From Heptranchias perlo (taxonomy: Eukaryota), in contig NC_090350.1 in the NCBI RefSeq assembly GCF_035084215.1, forward strand, positions 43,338,001-43,402,000: 64,000 nucleotides of DNA, in the 5' to 3' direction. Shown piece after piece: positions 34,997 to 47,801 of this stretch. Every line of letters begins with the position of its first letter. The stretch's first letter is position 1. The position numbers were made by a program, and so were the translations under genes. Below the pieces are notes generated by a model that worked only from the letters and a program-made list of their open reading frames with translations, did no database searches and was not told where the DNA came from.

Positions 34997-35492
34997 AATG
35001 CTTTGAGAAGTTGTTGAACACTCTAACGCGAGGCTTGGTGCAGGCACAGAATGGGCTGGAGTTCTGAGAGTTGGTGCCAAACATCTCAATCACAAGCTCA
35101 GGGTGGGCAGCAAACACTTGCAGCCTCCTGCTCGGAGAGAAACATTCTAGCCATGCCCTTTCCTGGCTTTGCACCGTACCCTTCTTTTTATTAATGACTT
35201 CAAAGCTGTTGGTTCCAGCTGCCTCCTCACTGTGTTGATGCCCCTGTGACTGACTGACTCCCCCTGATTCTCCTCACTGTGTCGATGCCAGTGACTGACT
35301 CATGCCCCCTGATTTGCCTTGGTGTAGTACAATCTGAAACTGAGGTAGGAGAGAACTGTAAATGCCTTGGACTCCTGAGATCCTTGGAGAGCTGGTGCAG
35401 GACACTGAGAGAATTTCCTGTTTGCTGATGTCTTGTAACCATTGTTGGTGGTGCTGTTTTCACGCGTTTAATGACTGTTGTACCTTTTTCAG

Positions 35493-35523
35493 GTGCAATT
35501 ACGGAACAGGCGGAAGAAAAAAG
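35493..35523 (+). CDS. CNKSR1: CNKSR1 31-nt exon (VQLRNRRKKK)
   Basis: cctttttcag| ... AAG|gtgagt, phase 0-1; basic stretch preceding the PH region. Confidence 0.8.
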
Positions 35524-35659
35524 GTGAGTACAGGTCCTGCTGTCGCTGTCTGAAGCCTTTACTTCTCTGACCTTTATCCTATTGCATTCACTCCAGGGAC
35601 AGGACCCATAGCCACAGCTGTCCCTGACCTTCCCAGCCTGTATCAAATTATGAGTAACA

Positions 35660-36040
35660 TCAACGTCTGGATGAGTGCACTGCCCATTGTGGTATTGGGC
35701 TGCTGAGATGGCTGTAAGGTTGGAGCAGGTTGCAGAAATAGGGTGAAAGACCGTGGAGGGATTTGAGGATGAAGATTTTAATGTGTTGGTGGACAGGGAG
35801 CCACTGTAGGTCAGTGAGAATGGGAGTTGATGGGTGAGTGGGACTTAGTGCAGTGGAGGGTACAGACAGCTGAGTTTTGAACAAATTGTAGTTTGTGGAG
35901 GGATGGAGAAGTGGACTCTGGTGAAAGGGACAGCCGCCTGGATAAGGGTTTCAGCTGCAGTGGGGGTGAGTAGGGGCAGAGGTGAGTGCAGAGGTGTAAA
36001 TAAATGGTCACGGTGATGGATAGGATGCAGGATATTAACT
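35660..36040 (-). mobile_element. Old L2-like LINE fragment
   Basis: LHKLQFVQNSA...TPILTDLQWLPV..KI.ILKSLHGL. Confidence 0.65.
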
Positions 36041-36239
36041 GGTTATTCATCTGATTGCTGTATGTGGAATGTTGCTGTGCAGAATTACTGCTGCATTTGA
36101 CAACATAACAGCAATCACTGCTTTTCAAAGCCATTCATTGTGTGAAGCACTGTGTGAAAAGGTGCTACGTAAATCCAAGTCTGTTTCTTTCAAACCAGTG
36201 CTTTTGTCTTTTAAATAACAAGATATCTAGGAAATATCT

Positions 36240-37588
36240 GGGCAAATTATTGGAATCAATTCTGAGGGACAGGATAAACTGTCACTTAGAAAGGCATGGA
36301 CTAATCAAGGACAGTCATCATGGATTTGTTAAGGGGAGGTCATGTCTGACTAACTTGGTTGAATTTTTCAAGGAGGTGACAAGAAGGATCGATGAGGGTA
36401 GCGCAATTGATGTAGTCTACATGGATTTTGGCAAGGCTTTTGACAAGGTCCCACATGGCAGATTGGTCAAAGAAGTAAAGGCCCATGGGATCCAAGGAAA
36501 TGTGGCAAATTGGATCCAAAACTGGCTCAGTGGCAGGAAGCAAAGGGTAATGGTCGACGGGTGTTTTTGCTGTTTCCGGTGGGGTGCCGCAGGGCTTGGT
36601 ACTAGGTCCTTTGCTTTTTGTGGTGTACATTAACGATTTGGACTTAAACGTAGGGGGCGTGATTAAGAAATTTGCGGATGACACAAAGATAGGCCGTTTG
36701 GTTGATAGTGAGGAGGAAAGCTGTAGGCTGCAGGAAGATATCAATGGACTGGTCAGATGGGCAGAAAAGTGGCAAATGGAGTTTAATCTGGAGAAGTGAG
36801 GTAATGCATTTGGGGAGAGCAAACAAGGCAAGGGAATACACAATAAATGGGAGGATACTGAGAGGTATAGAGGAAGTGAGTTACCTTGGAACGCATATCC
36901 ACAGATCCCTGAAGGTAGCAGGACAGGTAGATAAGGTGGTTAAGAAGACATATGGATTGCTTTCTTTTATTAGCCGAGGCATAGAATATAAAAGCAGGGA
37001 TGTTATGCTGGAACTGTATAAAACACTGGTTAGGCTACAGAATGAGTACTGCACACAGTTCTGGTCACCACATTACAGGAAGGATGTAATTGCACTAGAG
37101 AGAGTGCAGAGGAGATCTACAAGGATGTTGCCAAAACTGGAGAATTTTAGCTATGATGACAGATTGGATAGGCTGGGGTTGTTTTCTTTGGAACAGAGGA
37201 GGCTGAGGGGTGATTTGATTGAGGTGTACAAAATTATGAGGGGCCTAGACAGAGTGGATAGGAAGGACCTATTTCCCTTAGCGGAGAGGTCAATAACCAG
37301 GGGGCATAGATTTAAAGTGATTGGTAGAAGGATTAGAGCGGAAATGAGGAAAAAAATTTTCACCCAAAGGGTGGTGGGGGTCTGGATTTCACTGCCTGAG
37401 ATGGTGGCAGAAACCCTCAACTCATTTAAAAAAAATACCTGGATGTGCACCTGAAGAGTCGTGACCTGCAGGGCTATGGACCAAATGCGGGAAAGTGGGA
37501 TTAGGCTGGGTGGCTTGTTTCTCAGCCGACGCGGACACGATGGGCCGAATGGCCTCCTTCTGTGCCATAAATTTTCTATGATTCTATG
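36240..37588 (+). mobile_element. 5'-truncated CR1, frameshifted
   Basis: RT motifs in ORFs 36142, 36584, 36702; tail ttctatgattctatg. Confidence 0.95.
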
Positions 37589-38060
37589 AAACACTGCTCC
37601 TGTGGCTATGAGGATCTAGGTGGTACAGATTGTGCTGGGAACTGAGGAAAATTTAGGAAAAGTCAGTTTGCCTAACAGGCTGGTCCCATTGGGCTAATCT
37701 CCTCCCGGGGATACGAACATACAAACAATGATGGATATGGAAAAGACCCTCTGGTCCATCCAGCTTGTCCCACACAACTGTGATACCTTGTGTATCACAA
37801 TATATACATTCACCACCCTACCCAAAACCATGTGATCTTCTGGGAGAGGCAAAAAAAAGATAAAAAACCCAGGCCCATTTGGGGGGGAAAAATATGGAAA
37901 ATTCCTCTCAAACCCCTTTGGCAATCAAAACTAGTCCAGGAGATCACTCTGGCCCTGGTAATTCTTTGCAGTAGCTACCTTTTGTAAGAAGTGATCTCCA
38001 CCCCAGCCAGAAATAGGTCCAGCTCTGATCCAGATGTGCTTTTTTTTCCCCCTCTGACAG

Positions 38061-38233
38061 GGGTAGCGACTGCCCTGAGCCGTAGACGCATATCGTGTAG
38101 GGACCTCGGTTTGGGAGAGTGTTATGGCTGGCTCTGGAAGAAGAAAGAACATTCTAGATTCATGTCACAGAAATGGAAGCGTTGCTGGTTTGTGCTGAAG
38201 GGGTCCAGCCTGTACTGGTACAACAGTGAGAAC
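38061..38233 (+). CDS. CNKSR1: CNKSR1 PH domain exon 1
   Basis: ctgacag| ... |gtgagt, phase 1-0; GVATALSRRRISCRDLGLGECYGWLWKKK...KWKRCWFVLKGSSLYWY resembles recalled CNKSR1 GLATRLSRRRVSCRELG..DCDGWL. Confidence 0.95.
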
Positions 38234-38364
38234 GTGAGTGTGCAAGGACATGTAGCTGGTGGGGGAAGGCGGGAATCCTTGCAGACCTCATCTAGAAACA
38301 TAGAAACATCTGTCTTGTGCTTGAACTGAAGGAGAGATTAGAATATTAAATTACACAGGCAACA

Positions 38365-38855
38365 AGGACACCCGCCCTAAGCCAGAGGGGGTCCTCTTTC
38401 AATATGCAGATTGGTCTCCGATGATGTCATCGGGACCTAATCTCCGATTTTAACCTGAGGCCTGAGCGGGTGAGTAGTGATGGTTTGTGCACCAGGCCAA
38501 ACCTGCGGGGAACAGCAGCCAGAGCCAGAAAAGGCCCAGTGAGGTAAGTTTTTTTAATTACTCCTCTGGGCCGCAGAAGGAAACTTTGGGCCTCCCCTGC
38601 CCCAAGCTACCCCCACCCCCCACTTCCCACATAGCAATTCCCTTCCTGGAACACTTAACTTGTACCGGGGACCATTCCTGCCAGTCTCCAGCAGTGGTCT
38701 CCTGCTGCCTGATTGCCTTTTTGGTTGGCAAGCAGCATGCTAATGAAGCCCTGCCGTTAAAATCGGCCAAGCCCACCTGCTGCCACTCCCAGTGGGGTGT
38801 GTGACTTGCTTTACTGCGTTCCTGCCCAAGAGTTACAATCGAGCCAGAATCGGCC
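38365..38855. mobile_element. Probable degenerate Harbinger-derived non-autonomous element
   Basis: Ends ...aatcgagcc, similar to the reverse complement of the Harbinger B terminus; left terminus unclear. Confidence 0.4.
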
Positions 38856-39931
38856 CCTTTAACCTCCAGTCCTACATACTACAGGCCTGACCTGCACGCT
38901 GCTATCCGTTTACAAGGTGCATCTTTCTGTAGGGGTGGACCTGATCTGGCTCCATTCAGAATGTCTCTTCGTCTAATTGGGCTTGTCACTAAACCCAGAT
39001 GACTGCAGGGTCCCTCTGAGTCTGTATGTTCAAAGCTACAGCAACTGGGACTGTGAACAAGACTGTATCCAGGCTGTGAGAGGCTCTGGATGAAGCTGTG
39101 TCCACATTGTGGTCAAGGCATCGCCTCTCGAACATCTGTTCGGGAGGGAGCGATTCTGGGGTAAAATGAAAAGAGTCAACAAATGCTAGTTAGTGAATGT
39201 GAAAAATGAATAACTTGACAATTGTAGATAGAGCTGATCATTTTTCCCTTCTCCCTTGTGAGCCTTGGTTGAGTGTGACCGGTGATGGCTCCCAGTGTCA
39301 CCATGGCCAACAGGAAGTGTGGGAGTGGCCCAGGGCAGCTGATCCTCCCAGACTCCACTCAGCATCTCCCTCAAGGCACAACTAGGGTCGTGAGGTCACT
39401 GTGGACACTCTCGTACCCTGGCACTGTTTGAGGTCCGGTGCATGGTGCCTCACACTCTGCACCGTCTTACAGTCACCTACCAACTGTAAGACACCAAGAC
39501 AGTTGCACCGTTGCCAGCTGAGTTTCCTGATATCTCCTGACTGGAGTGTTTGTTTTGCCGTCCTGGTTTCTTCCCCCTTTATTCGCTGACATCTGAGACT
39601 GGAACTGTCCAGGTCATGGGGGTTACATTCAATTCGCTGGTATGGGGGGGAAGGGTGATTTTTTTTTTGGCTGGAATGGGAGGGTGTGTCTTGGCTGGAA
39701 CAGCGGTGGTGGGGGGGGAAAATGTTTGGTTGGTTTGGGGGACAGTCTTTGTTCTGGCAGCATGAGGGTGTAAAGTTTAGTTGATGTGTGTTAAAAAGAT
39801 CAGGAGGAAAGGGCTGCTGTCTGAACTGTAGGACTGAAAAGAAACGGGCCGAAACAGGCCTCTGAGTGAATTACTGCCTGTGTGAATCTCTCACTGTCAC
39901 TGAATAACTTGCTGTTTGTCGTTCTCGATAG

Positions 39932-40005
39932 GACGAGAAAGCCGAGGGGTTAATCAAATTGTTTTCGTACTCTGTGGAGGCAGCTGGAGAGCACAAGAGA
40001 AAATT
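39932..40005 (+). CDS. CNKSR1: CNKSR1 PH domain exon 2 (DEKAEGLIKLFSYSVEAAGEHKRK)
   Basis: cgatag| ... |gtaagt, phase 0-2; DEKAEGLI motif. Confidence 0.95.
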
Positions 40006-40714
40006 GTAAGTGTCTGAGATGCTCCCTCCCTCCCCCTTCGTTTGAGTACGTCATCACAAGTGAGCTGTGGGAGGGGCTGTCCAGTGGATGAGAGGACAAT
40101 GATCGGAGGGATAATGCTCCCCCAGCACTAGTGCCAGTTCAGAGTAGCTCTGGTAGCAGGCTGCCTGACCATTGTCTTGGTGTCTTACAGTTGGTAGGTG
40201 ACTTGGGAGAGCCGGAAAAGGGCAACAAAATGACTTTGGGGTGGGGAAGAGGGGTGGGAACTCTCCCCAGCAAACATTTCTGAAAGCAGAGCAACAAGAG
40301 GGAACAACACAAATTGGCTGCTGAGTAGCCATGGCATCAACTATCAGCAATGAAACGGTCCATCCCAGATGATGAGTGAGACGTGTGAAGGCCTGGTGCT
40401 GAGGGCTCTTCCTGCTCCTTCTGCTTTGGCTGACATCAATTGAATGATCATTTAGGGTGGATTTTGCACAAAATCCGGACACCACCTCTCCATTGGCAGA
40501 AAGACGCAGGAATTCAGGGATGTTTGGATTGGCCTGAATCTGCTAAGATTCCAGAATTTGGATGGATTTTGGTTCCTGCCTGATTTCCCAGATGCTCCAC
40601 ACTGAGAACCATAGAAACCATTTCTTGAACTGATAGATCAGTGAGCTCCCAGTGTGGTACTAAACCGTAAAGAGTACCAAGGTTCCAGACTTGATACCTG
40701 GTCTGTGCTGTGCT

Positions 40715-41840
40715 TCGATCAGATCACCCCTTAACCTTCGAAACTCCAGAGAATACAACCCCAATTTGTGTAATCTCTCCTCGTAACTTAACCCTTGAAG
40801 TCCGGGTATCATTCTAGTAAACCTACGCTGCACTCCCTCCAAGGCCAATATGTCCTTCCGAAGGTGCGGTGCCCAGAACTGCTCACAGTACTCCAGGTGC
40901 GGTCTAACCAGGGTTTTGTATAGCTGCAGCATAACTTCTGCCCCCTTGTACTCTAGATATAAAGGCCAGCATTCCATTTGCCTTCTTGATTATTTTCTGC
41001 ACCTGTTCATGACACTTCAATGATCTATGTACCTGAATCCCTAAGTCCCTTTGGACATCCACTGTTTTTAACTTTTTACCATTTAGAAAGTACTCTGTTC
41101 TATCCTTTTTTGATCCAAAGTGGATGACCTCACATTTGTCTACATTGAATTCCATTTGCCACAGTTTTGCCCATTCACCTAATCTATCAATATCGCTTTG
41201 TAATTTTATGTTTTTATCTACACTGCTTACAATGCCACCAATCTTTGTGTCATCGGCAAACTTAGATATGAGACTTTCTATGCCTTCATCTAAGTCGTTA
41301 ATAAATATTGTGCATAATTGAGGCCCCAAGACAGATCCCTGCGGGACTCCACTAGTCACATCCTGCCAATGTGAGTACCTGCCCATTATCCCTACTCTCT
41401 GTCGCCTTTCGCTCAGCCAACTTCCTAACCAAGTCCGTACTTTTCACTCGATTCCATGGGCTTCTATCTTAGCTAACAGTCTCTTATGTGGGACCTTATC
41501 AAATGCCTTCTGGAAGTCCATATAAATAACATCCATTGACATTCCCCTGTCCACTACTTTAGTCACCTCTTCAAAAAAATTCAATCAGGTTTGTCAGGCA
41601 CGACCTACTTTTCACAAATCCATGCTGGCTCTCTCTGATTAACTGAAAATTCTTGGTGTTCAGTCACCCTATCCTTAATTATAGACTCCAGCATTTTCTC
41701 CACAACCGTTCATGATTTTGAACACCTCTCTGAATTCTCCCCTTAACCTTCTCTGCTTTAAGGAGAACAACCCCAACTTCTCCAGTCTCTCCACATAACT
41801 GAAGTCCCTCCTCCCCAGTACCATTCAAGTAAGTCTCCTC
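40715..41840 (-). mobile_element. CR1 RT fragments
   Basis: [13 protein letters not shown]...[18 protein letters not shown]. Confidence 0.93.
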
Positions 41841-41894
41841 TGCACCCTCTCCAAAGCCATTGGTTGAGGACAGGAGTGGGCTCGATGTTTTTTT

Positions 41895-42480
41895 TTATTA
41901 TTCGTTCATGGGATGTGGGCATCGCTGGCAAGGCCAGCATTTATTGCCCATCTCTAATTGCCCTTGAGAAGGTGGTGGGGAGCTGCTGCCTTGAACCGCT
42001 GCAGTCTGTTTGGTGAAGTTTCTCCCAGAGTGCTGTTAGGTAGGGAGTTCCAGGATTTTGACCCAGCGACGATGAAGGAATGGCGATATATTTCCAAGTC
42101 GGGATGGTGTGTGACTTGGAGGGGAACGTGCGGGTGGTGGTGTTCCCATGCACCTGCTGCCCTTGTCCCTCTAGGTGGTAGAGGTCGCAGGTTTGGGAGG
42201 TGCTGTCGAAGAAGCCTTGGAGAGTTGCTGCAGTGCATCCTGTGGATGGTACACACTGGTGCACCGGTGAAGGGAGTGAATGTTTAGGGTGGTGGATAGG
42301 GTGCCAATCAAGCGGGCTGCTTTGTCCTGGATGGTGTCAAGCTTGTTGAGCGTTGTTGGAGCTGCACTCATCCATGCAAGTGGAGAGTATTCCATCACAC
42401 TCCTGACTTGTGCCTCGTAGATGGTGGAAAGGCTTTGGGGAGTCAGGAGGTGAGTCACTCGCCACAGAATACCCAGCCTC
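41895..42480 (-). mobile_element. HER1-like LINE 3' fragment
   Basis: YEAQVRSVMEYSPLAW; SKSWNSLPNS; shared tail. Confidence 0.9.
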
Positions 42481-42666
42481 TGTGATTGCGCTCCAAGTAT
42501 AAAAAGCCTTTCTGTTTAGACTCGTACAAAGAAAGGCCACTTGGATGAGACACAAGAGGGCGTCTGGCACCTGTGGAACATGTACTGTTGAGGAGACTGG
42601 GGGGTGGGAAGGAATGATCGTGTGTTTTAGCCTCTAGTCATGATGTCTTCCCCTCACTCTCTTCAG

Positions 42667-42738
42667 TGTGTTCCAGCTTTGTCACCGGAAGTTCAAATCC
42701 TTCGTCTTTTCGGCAGACAATGTGGATGAAATGAGGAA
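42667..42738 (+). CDS. CNKSR1: CNKSR1 PH domain exon 3 (VFQLCHRKFKSFVFSADNVDEMR)
   Basis: ctcttcag| ... |gtaagt, phase 2-2; VFQLxH...FxFxAD PH motif. Confidence 0.94.
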
Positions 42739-43407
42739 GTAAGTAGTTGCTTGAATGTAGGTCTTACCACAAACTGTACATGGAATATTTTCTCAAGGCG
42801 CTGAAACAGCTGCAGTGATATTGCTGCAAACTCCTTATATAACATTTAAAAAACTACATTGAACAGAATGTTTAAGTAACAGCTGTTCTCAGGTTCCCTC
42901 TTCTGGAAAATGATATAAAGCAGCCTGGGGTTTTTGCCCCTTGATGTGAGGTTGTGTGACGTGATTTGCCCCTTGATATGAACCTGCCCTTGCACATGTT
43001 GCTTGTGTTCTCTCCTCTTTCTGTTAGGCTCTCCTCTGCTCTGATTGACATCCAGTCAGTCTCAGAAACTCAATGAGAATTAGTCAGCTGGTCTCAACAG
43101 CACAATAGGTAACCCGGTTCAGCAGCAGTTTGAGTCACTTTGCAGCAAGCTGTTGAGTCCCTTTTTCTAATACTCTTTCCCCCTTTGCCCTTCCCAGTTG
43201 GTACAGCTAAACAACCCCAAAGGAGGCCCAAATAGCCAGCCAGATGGCACCACTGGTGCTGGCTTCTCTCTGCTCTGTATCCTGGGAGACAATCCCTCCT
43301 GTCAATGCTACCGCACCGTATTTTGGGGATGGCCCATTCCTCGCTGCCTTCTGTTGCTCAGTGCAGTCCGCGGTGTCTCTGGTTCTGACTCTCCTCTTGT
43401 TCTTTAG

Positions 43408-43478
43408 GTGGATTAACAGCCTTATCAGTGCTATCCAAAAATACAGAACCGAGAAAGTCTCAGAAAACAAAGAGGAAG
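43408..43478 (+). CDS. CNKSR1: CNKSR1 PH C-terminal helix exon (WINSLISAIQKY...EE)
   Basis: ttctttag| ... |gtaagg, phase 2-1; conserved PH Trp. Confidence 0.93.
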
Positions 43479-44124
43479 GTAAGGTCAGGGCGGAACAATT
43501 TCTAGCGAGCTCCTGCCCCAACTCTGAATAAACAGAATTGCAGTGTGTGAGGCACTGAATGCATGCTGCAAGAACCAGGGCCAGGCCCCTAACTGACACA
43601 CTCCGATACAGCTCCATCATCTGAGAAGCAAGTACCCACTGGAAAAAGAAACCTAATTGAACTTATAATTGATTACATGCTGGGGTTCACTGCTGTGTAT
43701 GTGCTGTAAACGAGTAACGAGGAACCAGTTCAATTACAAACATTCAAATTGTAATTTAACAGATTGCCAACTTATAAATAGTGGCGTTGTTAGTCTGTCC
43801 TGAAATGCAGTATGAGCTGTGGATAACGGCACTGCCCTGTTTGGTACTGTCACGTAGAGCAGAAGGACCCTGATTCCATCTCCAGTCTGTGCTAAGTTAG
43901 CTAATCTGAAAGGGGCAGCACTTGGGGTGATGCAATTAGCCTCAGTGCTCCTGTGTTAGGGATGGGGAGAAATGGCCAGTGATCCCTGCTGGAAAGTCCA
44001 TGTGTGGATGTCAGGAGGAGAGGGTTGTGCTTGGCTGTAGACTGCCTATGGATTGTACCCAGCAAGAATCGGCACCTTCAGCATAGAGGGAAATTGGGTT
44101 GGGAAGGAAAGAATACTGAAAGAA

Positions 44125-44500
44125 CTTGCATTTATGTAGTACCGCTGAACATTCCAAAGTGTTTTACAACAATGGATTACTTTTGAAGTGAAGTCACTGT
44201 TACATAGGAGCCAATTTTCACACAAGGTCCCATAAACAGATAATCTGCTTTTTGGTGGTGTTGGTTGACGGGAAGAATGTTGACAAGGATACAAACAGTG
44301 CCATGGGATCTTTAATATTCACCTGAGAAAGCACACTCAGTTTAATGTCTCATCTGAAAGATGGCACCTCCAACAGTGCAGCATCCCTCAGTACTGCACT
44401 GGGAGTGTCAGATTAGATTATGCGCTCAAGTCTCTTGAGAGTGGCTTGAACCCACAACCCCCTTATCCAGAGGCACGAATGCTACCACTGAGCCAAGCTG
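44125..44500 (-). mobile_element. DeuSINE (SacSINE1-like)
   Basis: Reverse complement of the Deu core: catctgaaagatggcacctccaacagtgcagcatccctcagtactgc. Confidence 0.8.
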
Positions 44501-45157
44501 AAACTGGAGAGCTCATTTTCTAGACATGCTTAATCCTACAGCATTCCCATTCCTCCTCAAAATCAGAACATTATCTTTTCATTTAATTTACATGATACAA
44601 ATTCCTTTTTGGACTGTTTTCTTCCCCTTCTCTCCTGAAGATACTGACTCTCGCTGGGATACAGGTTCCACGGGCATTGGGCACTCTCCAGTACCTCACC
44701 CAAGTGGCATTCTACAAACGTGAGCCAAAAAGTGAGTGTTAGGAGCCTACTGGACTGGGGAAGGCATCACAGCCAAGCCCAATTCTGTCCTTGCCTGACG
44801 TACAGCTCAACCACTTCCTGACTGGGATCAGCTAACTCGGCTCCTACCGGGTCAAACCTGGGCCTTCCTGGTCTGTCTGGTCGCCTCATTGAATAAACTC
44901 ACTGAGCCATCAAGGTGGGTTGGAAATTTTTGGTCAGATCTCACTTTTATTTTAGGTAGGGTTGGATCAGAGTTAATATTCTCATTAAAGTGGGGAGTGG
45001 CATGAAAATGTATATTCTTTGCTGCAATGCATATTCTTGCCACTGGAGGGGGTGTAATACCATCAATGTTGAGCATGCTTCTAATTGATATGGTTATAAT
45101 GCTGTTCTGTTCTGTTTGACTTTGCTTCTGTTAAAACCGAATACTGTCCCGCTGCAG

Positions 45158-45237
45158 ACTGCTGGAGTGAGACAGAGAATGAAGAATGTGACGATTCCCC
45201 AGATATGCCTTGTGCTCCCCGATCTAAATCCTACCTC
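45158..45237 (+). CDS. CNKSR1: CNKSR1 exon (DCWSETENEECDD...)
   Basis: gctgcag| ... |gtaagt, phase 1-0; EEDCxSETE motif of CNK proteins. Confidence 0.9.
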
Positions 45238-46452
45238 GTAAGTACTGTCAGAGTTGGAATGAAAAGTGAACAGGCAAAAAAAAAAAAAATCACCTTTCAC
45301 TTTCTAGTCAATAGGCTTTTAGCAAAAACTGAGAGGAGAGGGTCAGGACTTGTAGCAGCTGATGCAGTAACCTGGCACTGAGTGTAAGGGGTGCTGGAGA
45401 GGAGAGCTGGTGTGGAGGCACTGAGTTGCAGGCTAGGCGCTGCCCCCAGGGAACACCTGGTGTGAGTGTACAATCCAATGTAATCCATTCTCTGCCATAT
45501 GAAATCCAGCTTCGTACTGGTCTGGCTCATCACTACATGTTTTTTCCCCCTCTTTTCCCCCTCCCCCCAGTTTCCCCCTCCTCTCATGAAGGGGGGCTTA
45601 TTCCTTTCTGGGGTCCTGTTCTGCAGATGCCAATTGCTCTTCAAGTCCTCACCTGTGTAATCAATCATCACATGTGAGCCTAGACTGTGAGTGTTGATGG
45701 AATATTCAACTGAGGGAGGCATCACAGCTGAGCCTAATATCCTGCCCTTGCCTGATGCTTGCACAAGGGGACGTTCCAGCAGAAGTCACTGGATACCAGT
45801 CAGGAACAGGAATAGGGACTCTGGCTGACACCTCCTCCCCCACCCTGCCAAAGGATTTGTGGATAATTATTGGAGGATGTTGTGGAAAGGAGGGTTCAGT
45901 ACAGAGTTCCTTCAGGGCTGCGTGATTCCTTAACTTCATTCCTGTTAGTGGATCAGTATGGTGATTGTGGTAATTAACTCTGGGTTATCAGGAGGTGCGT
46001 GTGCACTAATACTGCTACAATTGTAAGTGTGCACATAACTGTGCAAACAGCATGGAGTTCACTGGCCAGGGATTGGGGGAAGCACCATGACAGGCCCTTG
46101 GGTGAGCCTTGCACTGCGGCTGTAATGCACTAATACACTGCGCCCCCAAGGCTCTAATTAAAGGGCCTTTGAATGCTTTAAATGTACAGTGAGGTCTCCA
46201 GTGGCATTGCTTGGGGATAGTTTGGGGTCTGGAACACGGATGTGATGAATAGCTGCTTTTTAAGGCCATTGCTCTTGAGGCGAAGGGACGGTGGGAGAAA
46301 GTACGTACGGAAGGAAAAAAGGAATTGATTGATGGGAAATGAAAAATGCCTGATTCATCAGCAACAACGTCCCTAAAGGCGTGCTTAGCCAGAACAGTGG
46401 CTAATCGGAGATCTGATTGTCTAATGTGAACCTTGCACCCGTTTGTTTGCAG

Positions 46453-46594
46453 CAGGCACAGAGGGGCAGTGATTTTTCACCCATTGAACGATTCAGACAT
46501 TCATCAGTTAGCTATGGACAAGTTGGACAATGTGGTGACACCAGCAGCCTCAGTGGGCAGTCCAGCCCCAGCAAGGAGTCAAAGCTGATTACAG
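46453..46594 (+). CDS. CNKSR1: CNKSR1 Ser-rich exon
   Basis: ttgcag|cag NAGNAG acceptor, |gtagga donor, phase 0-1, open frame. Confidence 0.8.
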
Positions 46595-46699
46595 GTAGGA
46601 GCAATCGGACAAACCCTCAAACAGCTGCTGAAAATAGAGTCCGTCCCTCAGGAAAATCTCACCTTTTCGTGACAATCTCCGGAAGGAGTTTACCAACAC

Positions 46700-46775
46700 T
46701 CCCCCCGTACCCCAGGGCCGGCGCCGCTTCCCCCCGTACCCCGGGGCCGGCGCCGCTCCCCCCCGTACCCCAGGT
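46700..46775. repeat. GC-rich tandem of about 30 bp, 2.5 copies
   Basis: ccccccgtaccccggggccggcgccgct. Confidence 0.8.
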
Positions 46776-47104
46776 CCTCTAGTTTTCACTCAAAAATATC
46801 CTGCACGATACATTGAGGTTTAATTTCCTCTGGTCAACTGATCAACATGTTGGTATAAAATTTCTTTTTGCATTAGTTTAATGCGGTCGTTAATTATTTA
46901 AAATAAATGGTTATTGATTGCATCAAAATAAAGCACAGGAGTTTTACGCGAATATGCTAGCCAATTGTTATGAACCAGTTTAAAGCCCCAAAGTTTTAAC
47001 TGGCCAAATATACCCCTTCCCTGTGCATGACTGCTGGGGTACAGGAGGTTACAGTGACTGTCTTCTAAACAGAGCTCACTGATGTTTCTGTCCGTCTCTT
47101 TCAG

Positions 47105-47292
47105 AACCCGCTCAGAGTTCTAATGATGAGCTGGAGACGTTAATAAAGGTCTTGCAGCAGGGAGGCGTGTCACTGATCGGCAAGGAGCAACCCTTTCGAA
47201 AAGATTATCATCAGTCATTCATCAGACGAAACAAGAACCCAGTCATCAACGAGAAGGCCCACAGTCTGCGAGCACTGCAGAGCACACTGAAG
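47105..47292 (+). CDS. CNKSR1: CNKSR1 penultimate exon
   Basis: ctctttcag| acceptor, phase 1-0; LQQGGVSLIG...SFIRRNKNPVINEKAHSLRALQSTLK matches the CNK C-terminal motif; donor is AAG|gcatgt (GC). Confidence 0.92.
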
Positions 47293-47393
47293 GCATGTGG
47301 TTAGATCATTACCATTGTGGGATACATCGCATTGTGTGATTTTGAACAGTTTGTTGTTGTAGTCACTAACCTTTGTTATTTGAACATTTTTAG

Positions 47394-47801
47394 GCCAAGC
47401 TGGTAGATTTGCAATCCATTAACAAGATCCTGGATGATCCCAATTTAACAGCGGAGAAGTTCCGAATTTGGAAAGAGGAAAACCAGGAGCTGCTTGCAGA
47501 CATCAAGAAGGTTCGGCAGCTTGCGAACGAAGGATGGGAAGAGAAAGCCGAGCTTCAGTCAGCTCCTGAACCAGGAACGTCATTTCTGACAGAAATGGGA
47601 CTGGGAGCTACAGAGAATCCTCTACCTTGGTTTGATATGGGGCAGATATCAACAGAAAGCTCAGCCTCCATGTTAGATGTAGAACTGGAGAGCAGAAAAG
47701 GAGTCAGGTCTAACAGTGCATCTGTGCAATTGGGAATTGGAGAACATGACTGCGGACAGGGGACGAATTCCCAACAGGACTCAGGCGCAGACAGGACATA
47801 G
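47394..47801 (+). CDS. CNKSR1: CNKSR1 last coding exon
   Basis: Branch-like cactaac, atttttag| acceptor; AKLVDLQSINKILDDPNLTAEKFRIWKEENQEL... to TAG at 47801. Confidence 0.93.
   Translation, partial: AKLVDLQSINKILDDPNLTAEKFRIWKEENQELLADIKKVRQLANEGWEEKAELQSAPEPGTSFLTEMGLGATENPLPWFDMGQISTESSASMLDVELESRKGVRSNSASVQLGIGEHDCGQGTNSQQDSGADRT

Noticed and set aside
2847-47801. Assignment as CNKSR2 or CNKSR3
   Set aside because: GVATALSRRRISC, DEKAEGLI and QGGVSLIG...RALQSTLKAKL...TAEKFRxWKE fit recalled CNKSR1 better; a phylogeny would confirm
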